DNA from: Octopus sinensis
Taxonomy: Eukaryota
Direction: 5' to 3'
NCBI RefSeq assembly: GCF_006345805.1
Contig: NC_043005.1
Coordinates: 94,240,001-94,304,000 of the forward strand
DNA: 64,000 nt
Shown: positions 39,720-51,920 of the stretch, piece after piece
How positions within the stretch are numbered: position 1 is the stretch's first letter
Layout: the number at the start of each line of letters is the position of its first letter
The notes under the pieces: model-generated
What the model saw: only the letters and a program-made list of their open reading frames with translations
What the model was told of the DNA's origin: nothing
Databases searched by the model: none
Position numbers and translations under genes: made by a program

Positions 39720-40660
39720 ATGAACACTCCTAACTCCTACCTCTTGGTAACAAAGGGCCTCTCCTTCAAATCGAAAGGCAGATTGTATGATGCCTGTGTT
39801 TGGACAGCTATGCTACATGAAACATGGGCTGTGGCTGCCAAGGACATACATAGGCTTGAAAGAACTGAAGCTAGTACATGTCGTTGGATGTGCAATGTCA
39901 GAGTGCATGTATGACAAAGTGTAAGCATCTTGAGAGAAAAGTTGGGCATCAGATATGGTGTGCAATAGAGACAACTGCATTGGTATGGTCATGTGATACA
40001 TATGGACGAAGACAACAGTGTAAAGAAGTGCCAATATGGAGGGGAACTTATGGAAGAGATAGACCCAGGAAGACAGGGGCTGAGGTGGTGAAGCATGATC
40101 TTTGAATGTTGGGCCTCACAGAGACAATGACAAGTGATCTAAAACTTTGGTGATATACTGTGTATGAGAAGACCCATTAAGGCAGGTGAGATCGTAGTGT
40201 TAACTGATGCCAGTGTTGCTTAACTGACATGTAAAAAGCAGCCTTCAATCGTTGGGTGATATACTGTGCTTGAGAAGACCTGTCAAGACAAGTGGAAATC
40301 ATAATTGTGGCCAATGCCAGTGTTGTTGTGACTGGCACCTGTGCCAGTGGTATGTAAAAGCCCTATTTGGGTACTGAGCCTCACAAAGGCGGTGACAGGT
40401 AATTGAAACCTTTTGCAATATACTGTGCTTGAGAAGACCTATCAGGCCAAGTAAGATCATAGTCATGGCTGATGCCAGTGTCACATAACGAGCACCAGTG
40501 CTGGTGGCATGTAAAAAGCACCCAGATGTGGTTGGCATCCAACTGTAGAAGCCAAGCCAAATCAGAGTGGAACTTGGTGCATCTCTCTGGTTTACCAGTT
40601 CTCTCAAACTGTGCGATGTATCCCAGCATGGAAAACAATCATCAAATGACGATGATGATG
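39720..40660 (+). mobile_element. Degraded RTE 3' fragment with UTR repeats and (GAT)n tail
   Basis: LLVTKGLSFKSKGRLYDACVWTAMLHETW matches the RTE C-terminus. GTAAAAAGCACC-type units and a GATGATGAT end follow. Confidence 0.82.
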
Positions 40661-42529
40661 ATCTCTGCCTCTTCTCAAACCAATTGCAACTATATGTAAG
40701 GATAATTTTTTGTTACCAAACATTATCTTCAAGAAGCTGATATCAGTGAAACCAAAAAGTAAACAGTCATTGTTATTAATGATAAATATTATTGTGCCAG
40801 AGGTAATGACAACAATTATTTTAACATTTGAATCCTTTGCTTAGTTACTGAAAATAAGTACAGAAACCTATCACACAAAAAATTATGTGTGTGAATGTGT
40901 TACTACGATAGGCATGATAAGTCTCACTACAAAGTGCTTAACAGTTATTTGCCTCACTGACAAGTTACTCCTTTGCTCAATGAAAGATAAGTTAACAGTA
41001 GGGGATCATTAAGACAAGAAGTGACATATGTATGCCATCACTCTACTAGTCCGTTACCATTAACACATGCTTTCTCGTTAGGAACTTCATTGCTTTTGTA
41101 TTTCACATATAAATTTACTTAATTATAAATACTTTGCTATCAATAGAATGTCCAGAGTTTTATTATGAGAATATTCCTTAAGATGTACTTTTAGTAATTT
41201 TGATCATACTGCTTCTCTTGAAATTTGTCTTTTTATTTCATTTTTAGAAATTTTTCAACAAGTGATGAATCAGTTTATGGAATGTACATCACTACCACTC
41301 ACAACAGTGTGTTCATGATAACTACGCTTTCGATTTGGGGATTTGAACTCTCCTAACAATTTTTCATTATGGTGGGTGCAGCAACTGATGTGCCACAACA
41401 AATGACTACAAATTACGTGTATGTATTAAAAAAAAAAACATTCTTCATTTTGGAAATTACTATTTGTAAATCTCACAATGAGAGATATTCAGCAACAGTA
41501 CTTTGGAGTAAAGATTGCTTGCCAGCATAACATAGCATTACTGGTTTAGGACAAATGTTGCTGTAATTTAACCCCAGGAACATCATCTCCAGCTGGCTAT
41601 ATGACACGATCTGTGTCCTTATATTTTTGAACACCCACTCTAGCACAACCACTCAGCTCAAAACAATATCTGTGTATCACAATTTCCAGGTTATTTCCCT
41701 CAGGTGGTGCTGTCAAATTCTTGTTCAAAATATATAGTTTTCAAAGTTAATGATCCAGAGAGGAAAGCGGTAGTTTAAGGAGTAATATAGGATCCTGGGG
41801 TGAAGACACATTATGAAGAAGAGTATGAGATGATGATGAGGGGAGAGTTGTGTCAGTGGTGGCCTGCAATTATGTATTTTGTGAGGAGCAGAGGCAGCTG
41901 TTGTAGTAGGATGATGTGACGTGTTATTTGAGGTAAATTTGGCTCTGTTTCTAGCGACTTATGTGATCATAAACAGTTGTAGTTAACTAAAAGAAAAGTT
42001 GGTGGTGGTGATAGTTGTTGTTCTTTACCTCCAGATAAGATCAGCCCTGATCAAACTGTTCTATAATCAAAGTGACAACCATCTCATGCATGAGCAACTG
42101 CATTGTGCAGTATATTTTCTGTTGATGATGATGTAGGGTGGGATTTGAAGGAAATTTGATTGCTATTTGTAGCTGGTGATTAAGCTTTACGAAGCTCTTT
42201 GTTGAACACAAAAACTAGCTGACATATACTGAATTCATCTTCCTTAGCACAACAACACATAGACCATTATCTCTGTTTCTCTCTCTCTCTCTCTCTTACT
42301 CACTCAGTCTCTCACACATTCACTCACTCACTCACTTATTCACTCACTCACTCACTCATTCACTCACTCACTCACTTACTCACTCACTCATTCACTCACT
42401 CACTTACTCACTCACTCACTCACTCACTAGAAATTGTTATAAGAAGAGAAATTAGAAGAGGTATGAATTACTTCTATTTCATTACTTCAGAACAGTAATA
42501 TGATTTAATTAGCTTCATATTCTTGTCTG

Positions 42530-42830
42530 ATGGGGCTAGGGTCATCCCAGGTTAGTGGTTCCAGGTCTACCAGTGTTCTCCATCACTGACAGTCCTCTGT
42601 CAGCCCCTCTGCATCCCCCAAGGTGATGTTGATCATCTAGAGATCTTTCCCAATCACGTTCAGCTATTTGGTGCAAAGCCTGCCACCAGGCATCTTTCAG
42701 CTCACAGCTGCTATGTTGAATGAGAGTAAAGCCCTGATATGATAATCTAGCAGGAGACAGTGGCCTTGTTCATACCAGTGCATGCGATAAATAGTTGTGA
42801 GGCTGGAGGCTGCAAGCTGATGTGAGTGTG
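42530..42830 (-). mobile_element. Old RTE-like C-terminal relic
   Basis: Minus strand reads ...HWYEQ...GRLCTK*LNVIGKDL, resembling the RTE GRPxxxWxxxIxxDL motif. Confidence 0.5.
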
Positions 42831-43129
42831 TGCATGTTCTTTGTTGGAAACGATTTACTTAAGGAAGGTTACAGTCGATGGTGAGAAAGAGTTGAAAGTG
42901 TTTCAGTTACATATATAGATATTCTATCATAAGCTTAGTTACAGCAGGGATCAATATTCTTTGCATCATTATTAAACCAAATAAACATTTTTATTCCTCT
43001 TATTTATTTATCCTAACCATTTATTACCTATCCATAGATCTTTACTTGTTGGAAGTTATAGAATCCTTGGTCCCACTGATGACATGCCTGGCAGATACCC
43101 TAAAACACCTTCACTTGGCCACATGTAAA

Positions 43130-43431
43130 TCCGTGCCGGTGGCACGTAAAAAGTACCATCTGAATGTGGCCAATGCCAGCGCCGCCTTGACTGGCTTCCA
43201 TGCTGGATGCACGTAAAAAGCACCAATCCGATCGTGGCCATTGCCAGCCTCGCCTGGCACCTAAAAAGCACCCACTACACTCACGGAGTGGTTCGCGTTA
43301 GGAAGGGCATCCAGCTGTAGAAACACTGCTAGATCAGACTGGAGCCTGGTGCAGCCTTCTACCTTCCCAGATCCCGGTCAAACCATCCAACCCATGCTAG
43401 CATGAAGGACGGACGTTAAATGATGATGATG
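43130..43431 (+). mobile_element. RTE 3' UTR end (or RTE-dependent SINE) with (GAT)n tail
   Basis: Homologous to the reverse complement of 13279-13460 (TTAGGAAGGGCATCCAGC...CCCATGCTAGCATG..). Confidence 0.82.
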
Positions 43432-43716
43432 TAAACATGCTGCACATTGGAATATGTAGTTGTTGCTGCTTCGTATGATGGTGTTGTTAAAGTATGCGAG
43501 TTTAATAATGGAAGGTAAGGTTTATGATATTGGAAGAATATTGTCTTCCATCATTCTTTTTGTTGAAAGCAGGCGAAGAGAAAATGCTATTTACAACTGG
43601 TTTATTTAGATCACAAAAAGTGCAAAAAATTGAATAAACATTATATAAGTAAAAAGACTACAATAGTGGTTTTTCTCTAATTTGAATTTTTTCCCTGTAA
43701 GTTTGGAGTTATACTC

Positions 43717-43766
<50 letters not shown>

Positions 43767-43781
43767 CTATATATTGTATAC

Positions 43782-44736
43782 CAGGGGTGGGCAAACTACG
43801 GCCCGCGGGCCGCATGCGGCCCGCCATAGGTTTTCATGCAGCCCGCCGAGAGCTTTTATGAATCCCAACTTCTATGCAGATACTTCGTAACTGTTTCAGT
43901 TGTACGGTAATTCACAATAGTTTGCATTTTATTTCAGTTCACTGTTTCGCGCCTTCACAAAATTGTCCGCTGTTTGTTTCAGCTACTGTGAAATGATGAA
44001 AAATTTCGAGAAATATTCCCATGACATCATAATAAAACACATTGTGCAAGAAAGATGTTTATGTTGTTTGCATCAACTTACATATGTGAGCAGACTTTCT
44101 CCATCATGAAAATTAACAAGGGGAAGAATCGATCACTTCTCACAGACTCAAATCTTCAGTCAGTGTTAAGAATCAGCACAAGCAACTTGACACCTAATTT
44201 TGACAAACTTGTAAATGACAGTAGACAGCTGCATCATTCTCATTGACATTGTTATTTACAGAGCCGCTTTGTTTTTCAAATAAATGCTTCAGGTGACGTT
44301 TCTAATTTCAGATATCAATTCATATTAATAAACTGTTATTTCTCTTTAAAATCTTTTATTTTGGGTATCCTAGAATTTAAGTATAATATTCATCATGGTT
44401 GTCCATAATATTAAGAGGTGGTTGTCCACAATTAGTGCAGATTTTACTTGGAAAATTCCGTTCCTGGCAATTTGTAAGCAATAACAGGCTGTCCAAAATA
44501 ACCGAGGTTCCTGTAATAATTTCAACTAACCGAAAAACATGAATCCGATACTCTAAAAAATAAATTAAATCACTTAAACCAGGAATATTTCACAAAATTT
44601 CCTTTCAATCAATTGTGTGTTTATAGGTATATAACCGCCTTTAAAAATATTTTCACTTGATTTTTATAAATGAGGCCCGCCAAGGTTCCAAAGACGCACT
44701 GTGCGGCCCGCGATCAAAAAAGTTTGCCCACCCCTG
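43782..44736 (+). mobile_element. Internally deleted hAT (Charlie/SPIN/Buster-type) transposon
   Basis: Perfect 16-bp TIRs CAGGGGTGGGCAAACT / AGTTTGCCCACCCCTG and a perfect 8-bp TSD TTGTATAC with central TA. It retains the dimerization-domain end FASTYICEQTFSIMKINKGKNRSLLTD (44055-44246). Confidence 0.95.
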
Positions 44737-44744
44737 TTGTATAC

Positions 44745-44973
44745 TCTTTTACTCTTTTACATGTTTCAGTCATTTGACTCTGCCTATGCTGGATCACCGC
44801 CTTTTGTTGAGGAAATCGACTCCAGGACTTATTCTTTGTAAGCCTAGTACTTATTCTATCGGACCCCTTTGCCGAACCGCTGATTTACAAGGAGGTAAAC
44901 ACACCAGCATCGGTTGTGAAGTGATGTTGGTGGGACAAACACAGACACAGAAACATACACACACACAAACACT

Positions 44974-45030
<57 letters not shown>
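44745..45030 (-). mobile_element. SINE 3' half
   Basis: Reverse complement of the SINE tail (...GGCGGTG..CCAGCATAGGCAGAGTCAAATGACTGAAACA.GTAAAAGAG). Confidence 0.8.
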
Positions 45031-45031
45031 C

Positions 45032-45070
<39 letters not shown>

Positions 45071-45256
45071 TAAGCAATTAAGGGTTTAACAACGAATTGC
45101 CTCACCACACACCGAATTTAGAAATAGCAGTCAAAGAGTTATAGCTATTCTTTCTACTAAAAGGGAGATCTCAGTAACAACACAGCACTTGAAAGGCAAA
45201 CACAGACAGGCAAGAGAGAATGAAATGACGGCAATCTATCATACAATTTTAAGTCA

Positions 45257-45347
45257 CCTACGGACGTACGTTTCGAAATCAAGTTTTAGGAAAGCATAAG
45301 AATTAGATAATTCTACCTTACCCAACTTCTTTTCTCATCCGCGTAGG
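45257..45347 (-). ncRNA. Type I HHR-like fold, U4G variant, extended stem II
   Basis: CCTACG-CGGATGA-GAAA..AAGTT..AGAATT(ATCT)AATTCT..AACTT..TTTC-GAAA-CGTACGT-C-CGTAGG: perfect 6-bp stem I, palindrome ACGTACGT, GTC triplet. Confidence 0.72.
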
Positions 45348-45519
45348 ATACTACAATTATGAATAGTTGTATATTAAATTTTGAGATACTAGAAGGCATC
45401 ATCTCAACTCAGTGTCAGAGCGAGCTAAAGCATTACCAGTACCACGAAATTCAAAGTGTGAATGAAAGTTTGTGTCACCAGCCCCTTTCCACCCGCATGT
45501 ATATATATATATATATATA

Positions 45520-46385
45520 TTAAGGTATGTAGAAAAATACAACATGGACAAGAACGTATAACTCTTAGAAGACGACACAATAAACATGGACAGGACATTC
45601 GAACCCCTCAGTCTTCAGTCAAGAACCGGATCATCGTAGTAATTTCGGCTGATTAATCTTGAGATTACTAGATCACGGCCAGCCCTCCAAGAAAAACTAA
45701 GCAACGAGCATTAGAAAAACTAAGCTGGAAGCGTAGATTTCCTGGAAGAAGGATCGAATGCATACGAACACCAGGACAGCAAAAGGGACAGATATAAAAA
45801 AAACAAAAAACAATAATGGAATACAGAAACATGAAATACAGAAGCATTAACGGTGAAAACAACAAGTGTCTTACGACTGATAACAAGCAAACAAATTTTT
45901 TCTCTGGCGCATTGGAAGAAGCCTTTATAGCGGCGGACGAAAAACAACGATGTTAACACGACGAGGGTCAGGAGCTGAAAGGCAGATTTCGGCCAACAGT
46001 CACGTGACAGAGAAGAGGGAAAAGAAAAGAAAGAGAGGCAAAGGAAGAGAGAGAGAGACGAGGGACAAAACGCAACAAAGAGAGAGAGAGAAGAGAGAGA
46101 AAGAAGGGATCAGAGAGGAGAAGGGATGGGTGTCGAAGAATGACCTGTGAGTGCAGAGCGAGACAAAGAGAGAGAGAGGGGGACAGATCAAGTAAAAATG
46201 AGAGAGAGAGGGAGACAAAAAGAGAGTCGTACCAATTATTAAGAATATGTGCTCACATTAATGATAAGGTGGGTACGGGGCGCCTGGAATATATGTTAAG
46301 GTATGTAGAAAAATACAACATGGACAAGAACGTATAACTCTTAGAAGACGACACAATAAACATGGACAGGACATTCGAACCCCTC
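45520..46385. repeat. ~90-bp direct repeat (45520-45610 and 46296-46385) bounding a pLTR-like unit between (TA)n tracts
   Basis: TAAGGTATGTAGAAAAATACAACATGG...CATTCGAACCCCTCA is identical in both copies. Confidence 0.8.
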
Positions 46386-46417
46386 ATATATATATATATA
46401 CACATATATATATATAT

Positions 46418-46466
<49 letters not shown>

Positions 46467-46504
46467 TACATTTAAATATATATATATATATATATATTCC
46501 ATGT

Positions 46505-46686
46505 GGCAGCAGCACCTTTATTTGAGCAAATCGACCCCAGGACTTATACTTTGTAGGCCTACTATTTAATCTATCGGTCTCTTTTGCCTACCACATTCAC
46601 TCACAAGGCTTTGGTCAGCTCAAGGCTATAGAAGACACTTGCCCAAGACACCACACAGTCAGACCGAACTCAGAACACTGCGGTTG
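46505..46686 (-). mobile_element. Degenerate SINE abutting the BTB exon donor site
   Basis: Minus strand CAACC...GGTGTCTTGGGCAAGTGTCTTCTATAGCC...GACCAAAGCCTTGTGAGTG begins 2 nt after the exon end. Confidence 0.75.
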
Positions 46687-46688
46687 AC

Positions 46689-47019
46689 CTGTATAAAAGA
46701 AATGCAGAAGACTTTGAAAAGATTCTGGTTGTAATCCCTGCAAAGTGATGACTTTTTGGTCATTTTCTACTAAAGTACTAGTAAACATGGCATTAAAGTA
46801 AGAACTCCCAGCGGCCAGTACATTACGATGGGCATAAAAGGTTTTGCTACCCACTTGGATCTCAACATCACAAAGAAGCTGATCCTGCCAAAGAGAATAT
46901 AAATTCTTCAAGACTCGGCATGCATAGCTATTAGTTTCTTTTGGAGACATATGATGGGTAGAAAGGTAACGCTGCGCCAGAGCCTTGGATTTCGGTAATT
47001 CCTGCATACAGGTTGCCAT
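46689..47019 (-). CDS. Coding exon with BTB/POZ domain (Kelch-like family type)
   Basis: LCDVEIQVGSKTFYAHRNVLAAGSSYFNAMFTSTLVE...LLHFFYTG with no stops. Similarity ends at TACAG|GT, a phase-1 donor after YTG. No downstream BACK or Kelch exons were identified. Confidence 0.88.
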
Positions 47020-47347
47020 GAAGTTCTATGTTATAAACGTTTCTTTGAACTCTTATGTTTTTCTCGTGTGGACCCTTTGTTCCAGTTACGAGAACAAATC
47101 CAAAGTTGAGTATTTTCTGTCACAGACATAGAGTTGAGACTAAGAGTGATGCGAAATAGCTATCGGTAGCTTTTAAGCTGTGGGTTATGAACATTTAAGC
47201 CATCAAAATAGCCAGAAGTCACGAAATGATTTTCAACTGGTTTTCTTGGTGAATGTTTATTTGAGCCATTAGCGAACCAGGCAGACGGGTGCGATCTACT
47301 TATCACACAGTCACTCCTACGCCTATCAATATATATATATATATACA

Positions 47348-48599
47348 CAGGGTCAGGCAAAATGATCTGACACATTTGTAGGTTAAATAAAAGGCATTGT
47401 TTTTCGTTTCTTTTTCAGTTGCTGCCATGAATTGGACTGGTGAGCATCGCGCTTTCATTGTGGAAATGTTTATCAAAACAAACGATTCTGTAACTGCAAC
47501 ACAAAGAGCGTTCCGTTTGCACTTCAATCTTGGTAGACATAATCCCGTACCAGCTCGAAACACGATCTTTTTATGGGTTACCAACTTCAGAGCTACTGGA
47601 TCTGCATTGAAACGAAAATCAACTGGCCGGCCTCGCACCGCCAGATCTCCAGAAAATGTGGCAGCGGTAAGAGCTTCAGTTCAACAGTCTTCACGCCGTT
47701 CCACATTTAAACACGCCCAGGCTCTTAGACTTTCCGAAAGAAGTTTGCGAAGAATTTTTCACAATGATCTTCAAATGCATCCATACAAAATGATGTTGGC
47801 ACAAGAACTCAGCGAAAGGGACACTGAAACTCGCAGAGCATTGTGTTTGGAAATTCAACAACGTCCCCCATGCAGCAGTTGTGTTGTTCAGTGACGAGGC
47901 ACATTTTCACCTGTGTGGCACAGTGAATAAGCAAAACGTCAGATACTGGGCCGAGAACAACCCTCGTGAGTTGCATGAATGCCCTTTGCATTATCTTCGG
48001 GTGACTGTATGGTGTGCTGTGGCAGAATTCGGTATATGGGGTCCGTACTTCTTCGAAGAAGACAACGTTACAGTGACTGTGAACTCTGATTGATATTGTG
48101 AGATGCTGGAGACTTTTCTCAGACCAAAATTGAATATGCTCCACGATATGGACAATGTTTGGTTTCAACAGGATGGGGCAACATTTCACACTTCTCGACG
48201 TGCGATGGGGATTTTGAGGAATATGTTCTTTGGTCATTTGATCTCATTGCGTGGTGACATCGGTTGGCCCGCCCGTTCACCTGATTTAAATCCGTGCGAT
48301 TTTTTTCTCTGGGGATACCTCAAGGTATACATTAATCGCCCTCGATCTATTGAACAACTTAAAGATGCAATTCGTCAAGAAATTACTGCCATTCCACATG
48401 AAATGACCCGCCGAGTTATTGACAACTTTCGTGAACGCTTTCGATAGTGTGTGGACAATAATGGATCCCAGTTGATTGATTTAATTTTTAAAACAATGAA
48501 ACAAAGTACTTTTCAAAAATAAAAACACTTCTTTGTTTCTGTACTTCATTTGCCTTTTATTTAACCTACAAATGTGTCAGATCATTTTGCCTGACCCTG
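47348..48599 (+). mobile_element. Full-length Tc1/mariner DD41D (rosa/Visitor) transposon, disrupted transposase
   Basis: Perfect 49-bp TIRs CAGGGTCAGGCAAAATGATCTGACACATTTGTAGGTTAAATAAAAGGCA, with TA at the right flank. FSDEAHF, QQDGA and WPARSPDLNPCDFFLWG are present, with 41 residues between the second and third Asp. Confidence 0.95.
47427..48447 (+). pseudogene. DD41D transposase (frameshifts and stops)
   Basis: ORF pieces 47397-47894, 47881-48093 and 48103-48447. Confidence 0.92.
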
Positions 48600-48609
48600 T
48601 ATATTAATA

Positions 48610-48814
<205 letters not shown>

Positions 48815-49323
48815 GGAGTGGCTGTGTGGTAAGTAACTCCCCAACCTCTGACTTGGTCGGACGTGTTTTTTGGCAGCTGCTTCGAATGTCACGTGTTGCC
48901 ACGTGAAATATTGAACTTTTTGATGACAACAGGTAGGATGTTTTATATTTTTAGGAGCCTAGTGAGGCTTATTGCTTGCTTTTAACGTTATTTAGCGTTA
49001 AAAATTTTTTTACCGGGTAATAAACTTCACTTTGCTCCAGATATATTTTTCTGCCTGTTGTCGAAGTTAAAGTCTCACTTTTTAGTGAGTATTGTGTTTT
49101 TTGAGGAGGCGTAGCCCCTCCTCAAAAATATTTTTATTCATTTTGGATTCGCTTTTGGATTACCTACTGATTCACTGTTGGATTTACCAGGAGGCACCAG
49201 AGACTTCGTGGACTGTTTCTGCACGTACCAGAATAACCAAGGATTGCCGTGACTACCTTTTCGGCCAAAAAAAAAATAATTCTTTGCCATATTTGAACTC
49301 TCTTTCTTCTAGCTATCCTTTAT

Positions 49324-50148
49324 TTGAACTCTCAACTGTATTTTCACCGTAATTCTTCATTTCCATTTTGTTTTCTCTTCCTACTTTCTGTCACTTTTGT
49401 TTGCTCCTATTTGAACTGTGTTTGCATTTTGTTTTTAAAAGTGGCAAAAGAACTTACTGTGTGGGAGCTGGAAGCTCCCAAAAAATATGTAAAACAGCTG
49501 GAGGATAAGACCGTGGTACTGAGGACTTATTCAAAGTCGCTCAACACCATCACGATCTTTCCGAAGGAAAAAATAATTGACGAGCTGGCCGTGAAATACA
49601 TTACACGGGGGGGGGGGGGCAAATACGCAACGGTTTGGTTGCTGTTTGACTCCCCAAAAGCTGCTTGCGATTTCGCAAGCAAGCCCATTGAGGGCATAGA
49701 AATCTTGTTTCTCCCTAGTTACAAGGGAGAAAAACTAACAAGATTATGGGTCTGCGGCCTGCCACCCGGCATTGAACCCGAGTGGATAGAAGACTCTATC
49801 TGCCGGGGTCTGGGTGGTAGTAACGCAAAAATCCTAAATGTTAGGATTCAACCTGCGGCTGATTGGGAGGGGTCAAAGGCTACCTTGACCCTATGGACCC
49901 AGTCAGCCAAGAGTCTGGTTTTGCCGGACTTTTTGAGAATGGCCGGGTCCAAGTATCCGGTGATGCTTGAGGGACGCCCCCCCAAGTGTCACCTGTGTTT
50001 AGAGACCGACCACATCAAGAAGAACTGCCCCAGGGACCAGAGTAGGATCCTGGAGCGGCTGATATTGGAGCCTCTCCCTGCCTCCTCAATGGAAGGAGAG
50101 AAACAAAATGAGGAGGGGGAAAAAGAGGAAGGTGGGGAGCAATGGTGA
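49324..50148 (+). mobile_element. L1/Tx1-like ORF1 (gag-like, RRM-like region + CCHC) without a downstream ORF2
   Basis: LWVCGLPPGIEPEWI...VMLEGRPPKCHLCLETDHIKKNCP (C-X2-C-X4-H-X4-C), followed by an acidic/basic low-complexity tail. Confidence 0.75.
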
Positions 50149-50814
50149 TCCACCAAAGGACCTGAAAGCTGCAGGAGAGGAGAACCCGGTGCGTGCAGCT
50201 CCGGAACCTCAACCTCCCGTTGCCCAAGGCAAAAAAAAAAGAAAAAAAGGAGAAACGGAGCACCGCCGGCGTATTGTGATACGCAGACGGCGTTTCCCGA
50301 GACTCCCGGGTCCTCTCAGGCGGGTGTGCCGCCTGAGGGACAATTTGTAGAAGACTTTGTGCTCCTCTTTTTTAGGGGAGAAACGGTGGAGAACACCGTA
50401 CACAAAATGAGAAAAAGAGGACTTCGCAGTTGACTGCGGAGGTCGTGGAAAGGGGTAGTCTAGGCAGGATCGTGGGTTCCTTCCCGGTGGACTCATACGG
50501 GATCATACCTATGGACCCCGACCTGACCAGCGATTATTGCCTCGATGAGGCAAGAGCGATGGTCGGCCAGGTTACATAGGCTTTTTGAACATTTTTTGTA
50601 ACATGTTGAAGAGGAGGTTCATTGCTTCCTCCAAAAAATTGTAAACTGTTGTACTGAATGTTAATTTTGAACAATGTTTTAGAGAAGCGAAAGTCGGCGG
50701 GCGCTTTTGTCTTCTCCCATCACCATCTTCATCCATCACCATCATTCATTAATGTCCTTGTCCAGCCCGTAGCTACTCTGTGTGCTGCCCTAGTGGCAAA
50801 AATTTTTGAAATAA

Positions 50815-51810
50815 AGTAGCTTGCTAACCAACCACATGGTTCCGGGTTCAGTCTCACTGCGTGGCATCTTGGGCAAGTGTCTTCTGCTATAGCCCCGGGC
50901 TGACCAATGCCTTGTGAGTGGATTTGGTAGACGGAAATTGAAAAAAGCGACGTGGTCCGACCCGTAAGTCGTAAGAATCAGACCCGTAAACTTACAGGTC
51001 GGCCCACGCTGGATAGTCATGCTCTAGGTGACTGCCGCACCCCAAGGGGGTCCAGACTACTATGTAGGGTTGTAGTTGATCGGCATAGGTGACCGTCTGG
51101 AAGGGATGTCCTCGTAGCTCCTTTTCTGCCAACGGTTAGCTCCCCGTCTGCCGGTGCAAGATCGACTCTACACGGCTGGCGTGTCCCCGAATTTCCGCCG
51201 CCACACCGCCCGCCTTTTCAGACGCTGCGTTTGCTCACCCGTTGACGCCCGCGTTTGCCCGCCTTCGTCTGCCTTCGCCCGTCTCCGGACGTCCGCCTTT
51301 GCCCGCCTTTCAGACGCTGCGTTCTCCCACCCCTTTCGACGCACGCGTTCGCCCGCGTTCGCCCGCCTTCTCCCGCAGCTCCGCCGCGCTACCGTGCCCG
51401 ATCTAGTGAGGCTGAAGCGAACCTAGCGGTGTCGCCCACGTACACGTGGACGTAGGCGCGATCGATGCCATCAGTCGCCGGGAGTGCGTGGCGATATGCA
51501 CCGGGTAAAAACAGCGACGTGGTCCGACCCGTGAGTCGGAAGAATCCGACCCGTAAGTTTACGGGTCGGCCCACACTGGATAGTCACGCTCTAGGTGACC
51601 GTCACACCCCAAGGGGGTCCAGACTACTATGTAGGGTTGTGGTTGATCGGCATAGGTGACCGTCTGGAAGGGATGTCCTCGTACCCCCTTTTCTGCCAAC
51701 GGTTAGCTCCCCGTCTGCCGGTGCAAGATCGACTCTACACGACTGGCGCGTCCTCGAATTTCCGCCACCACCATGGCCGCAGTCAAATGACTGAAACAAG
51801 TAAATATGTA
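50815..51810 (+). mobile_element. Chimeric SINE: head + ~825-bp GC-rich insert with ~260-bp direct repeats + SINE tail
   Basis: SINE head 50815-50946, repeats at 50947-51207 and 51515-51772, tail ATGGCCGCAGTCAAATGACTGAAACAAGTAAA. Confidence 0.75.
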
Positions 51811-51825
51811 TGTATATATATATGT

Positions 51826-51920
51826 ATCTATATATATAAAAGGCAAGTTGTCTGTCTGTGTGTCTGTCAGGTTGTACCCTCACCCTGACCACGGCTTTCA
51901 ACCGATTCTGATGAAACTTG
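51826..51920 (+). mobile_element. Helentron/DINE-like non-autonomous Helitron 5' fragment
   Basis: TCTATATATATAAAA..GTCTGTCTGTGTGTCTGTC..CACGGC..AACCGATTCTGATGAAACTT matches the recognised 5' pattern of these elements. Confidence 0.5.

Noticed and set aside
45620-45705. Minus-strand GGCTG...CAGCC-GAAA fold
   Set aside because: No recognisable CUGANGA and no palindromic stem III.
46689-47019. Assigning a specific KLHL/IPP gene symbol
   Set aside because: A BTB exon alone cannot be assigned to an orthologue without a database search.
48860-48940. CGAAGCAGCTGCC plus TCACGTG-GCAA-CACGTGA hairpin on the minus strand
   Set aside because: It resembles GAAACAGCTGTC, but no core or stem I could be built.
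50947-51772. Calling the direct-repeat insert a retrozyme or TRIM
   Set aside because: No hammerhead, TG..CA termini, PBS/PPT or TSD was found. Kept only as an unexplained capture.
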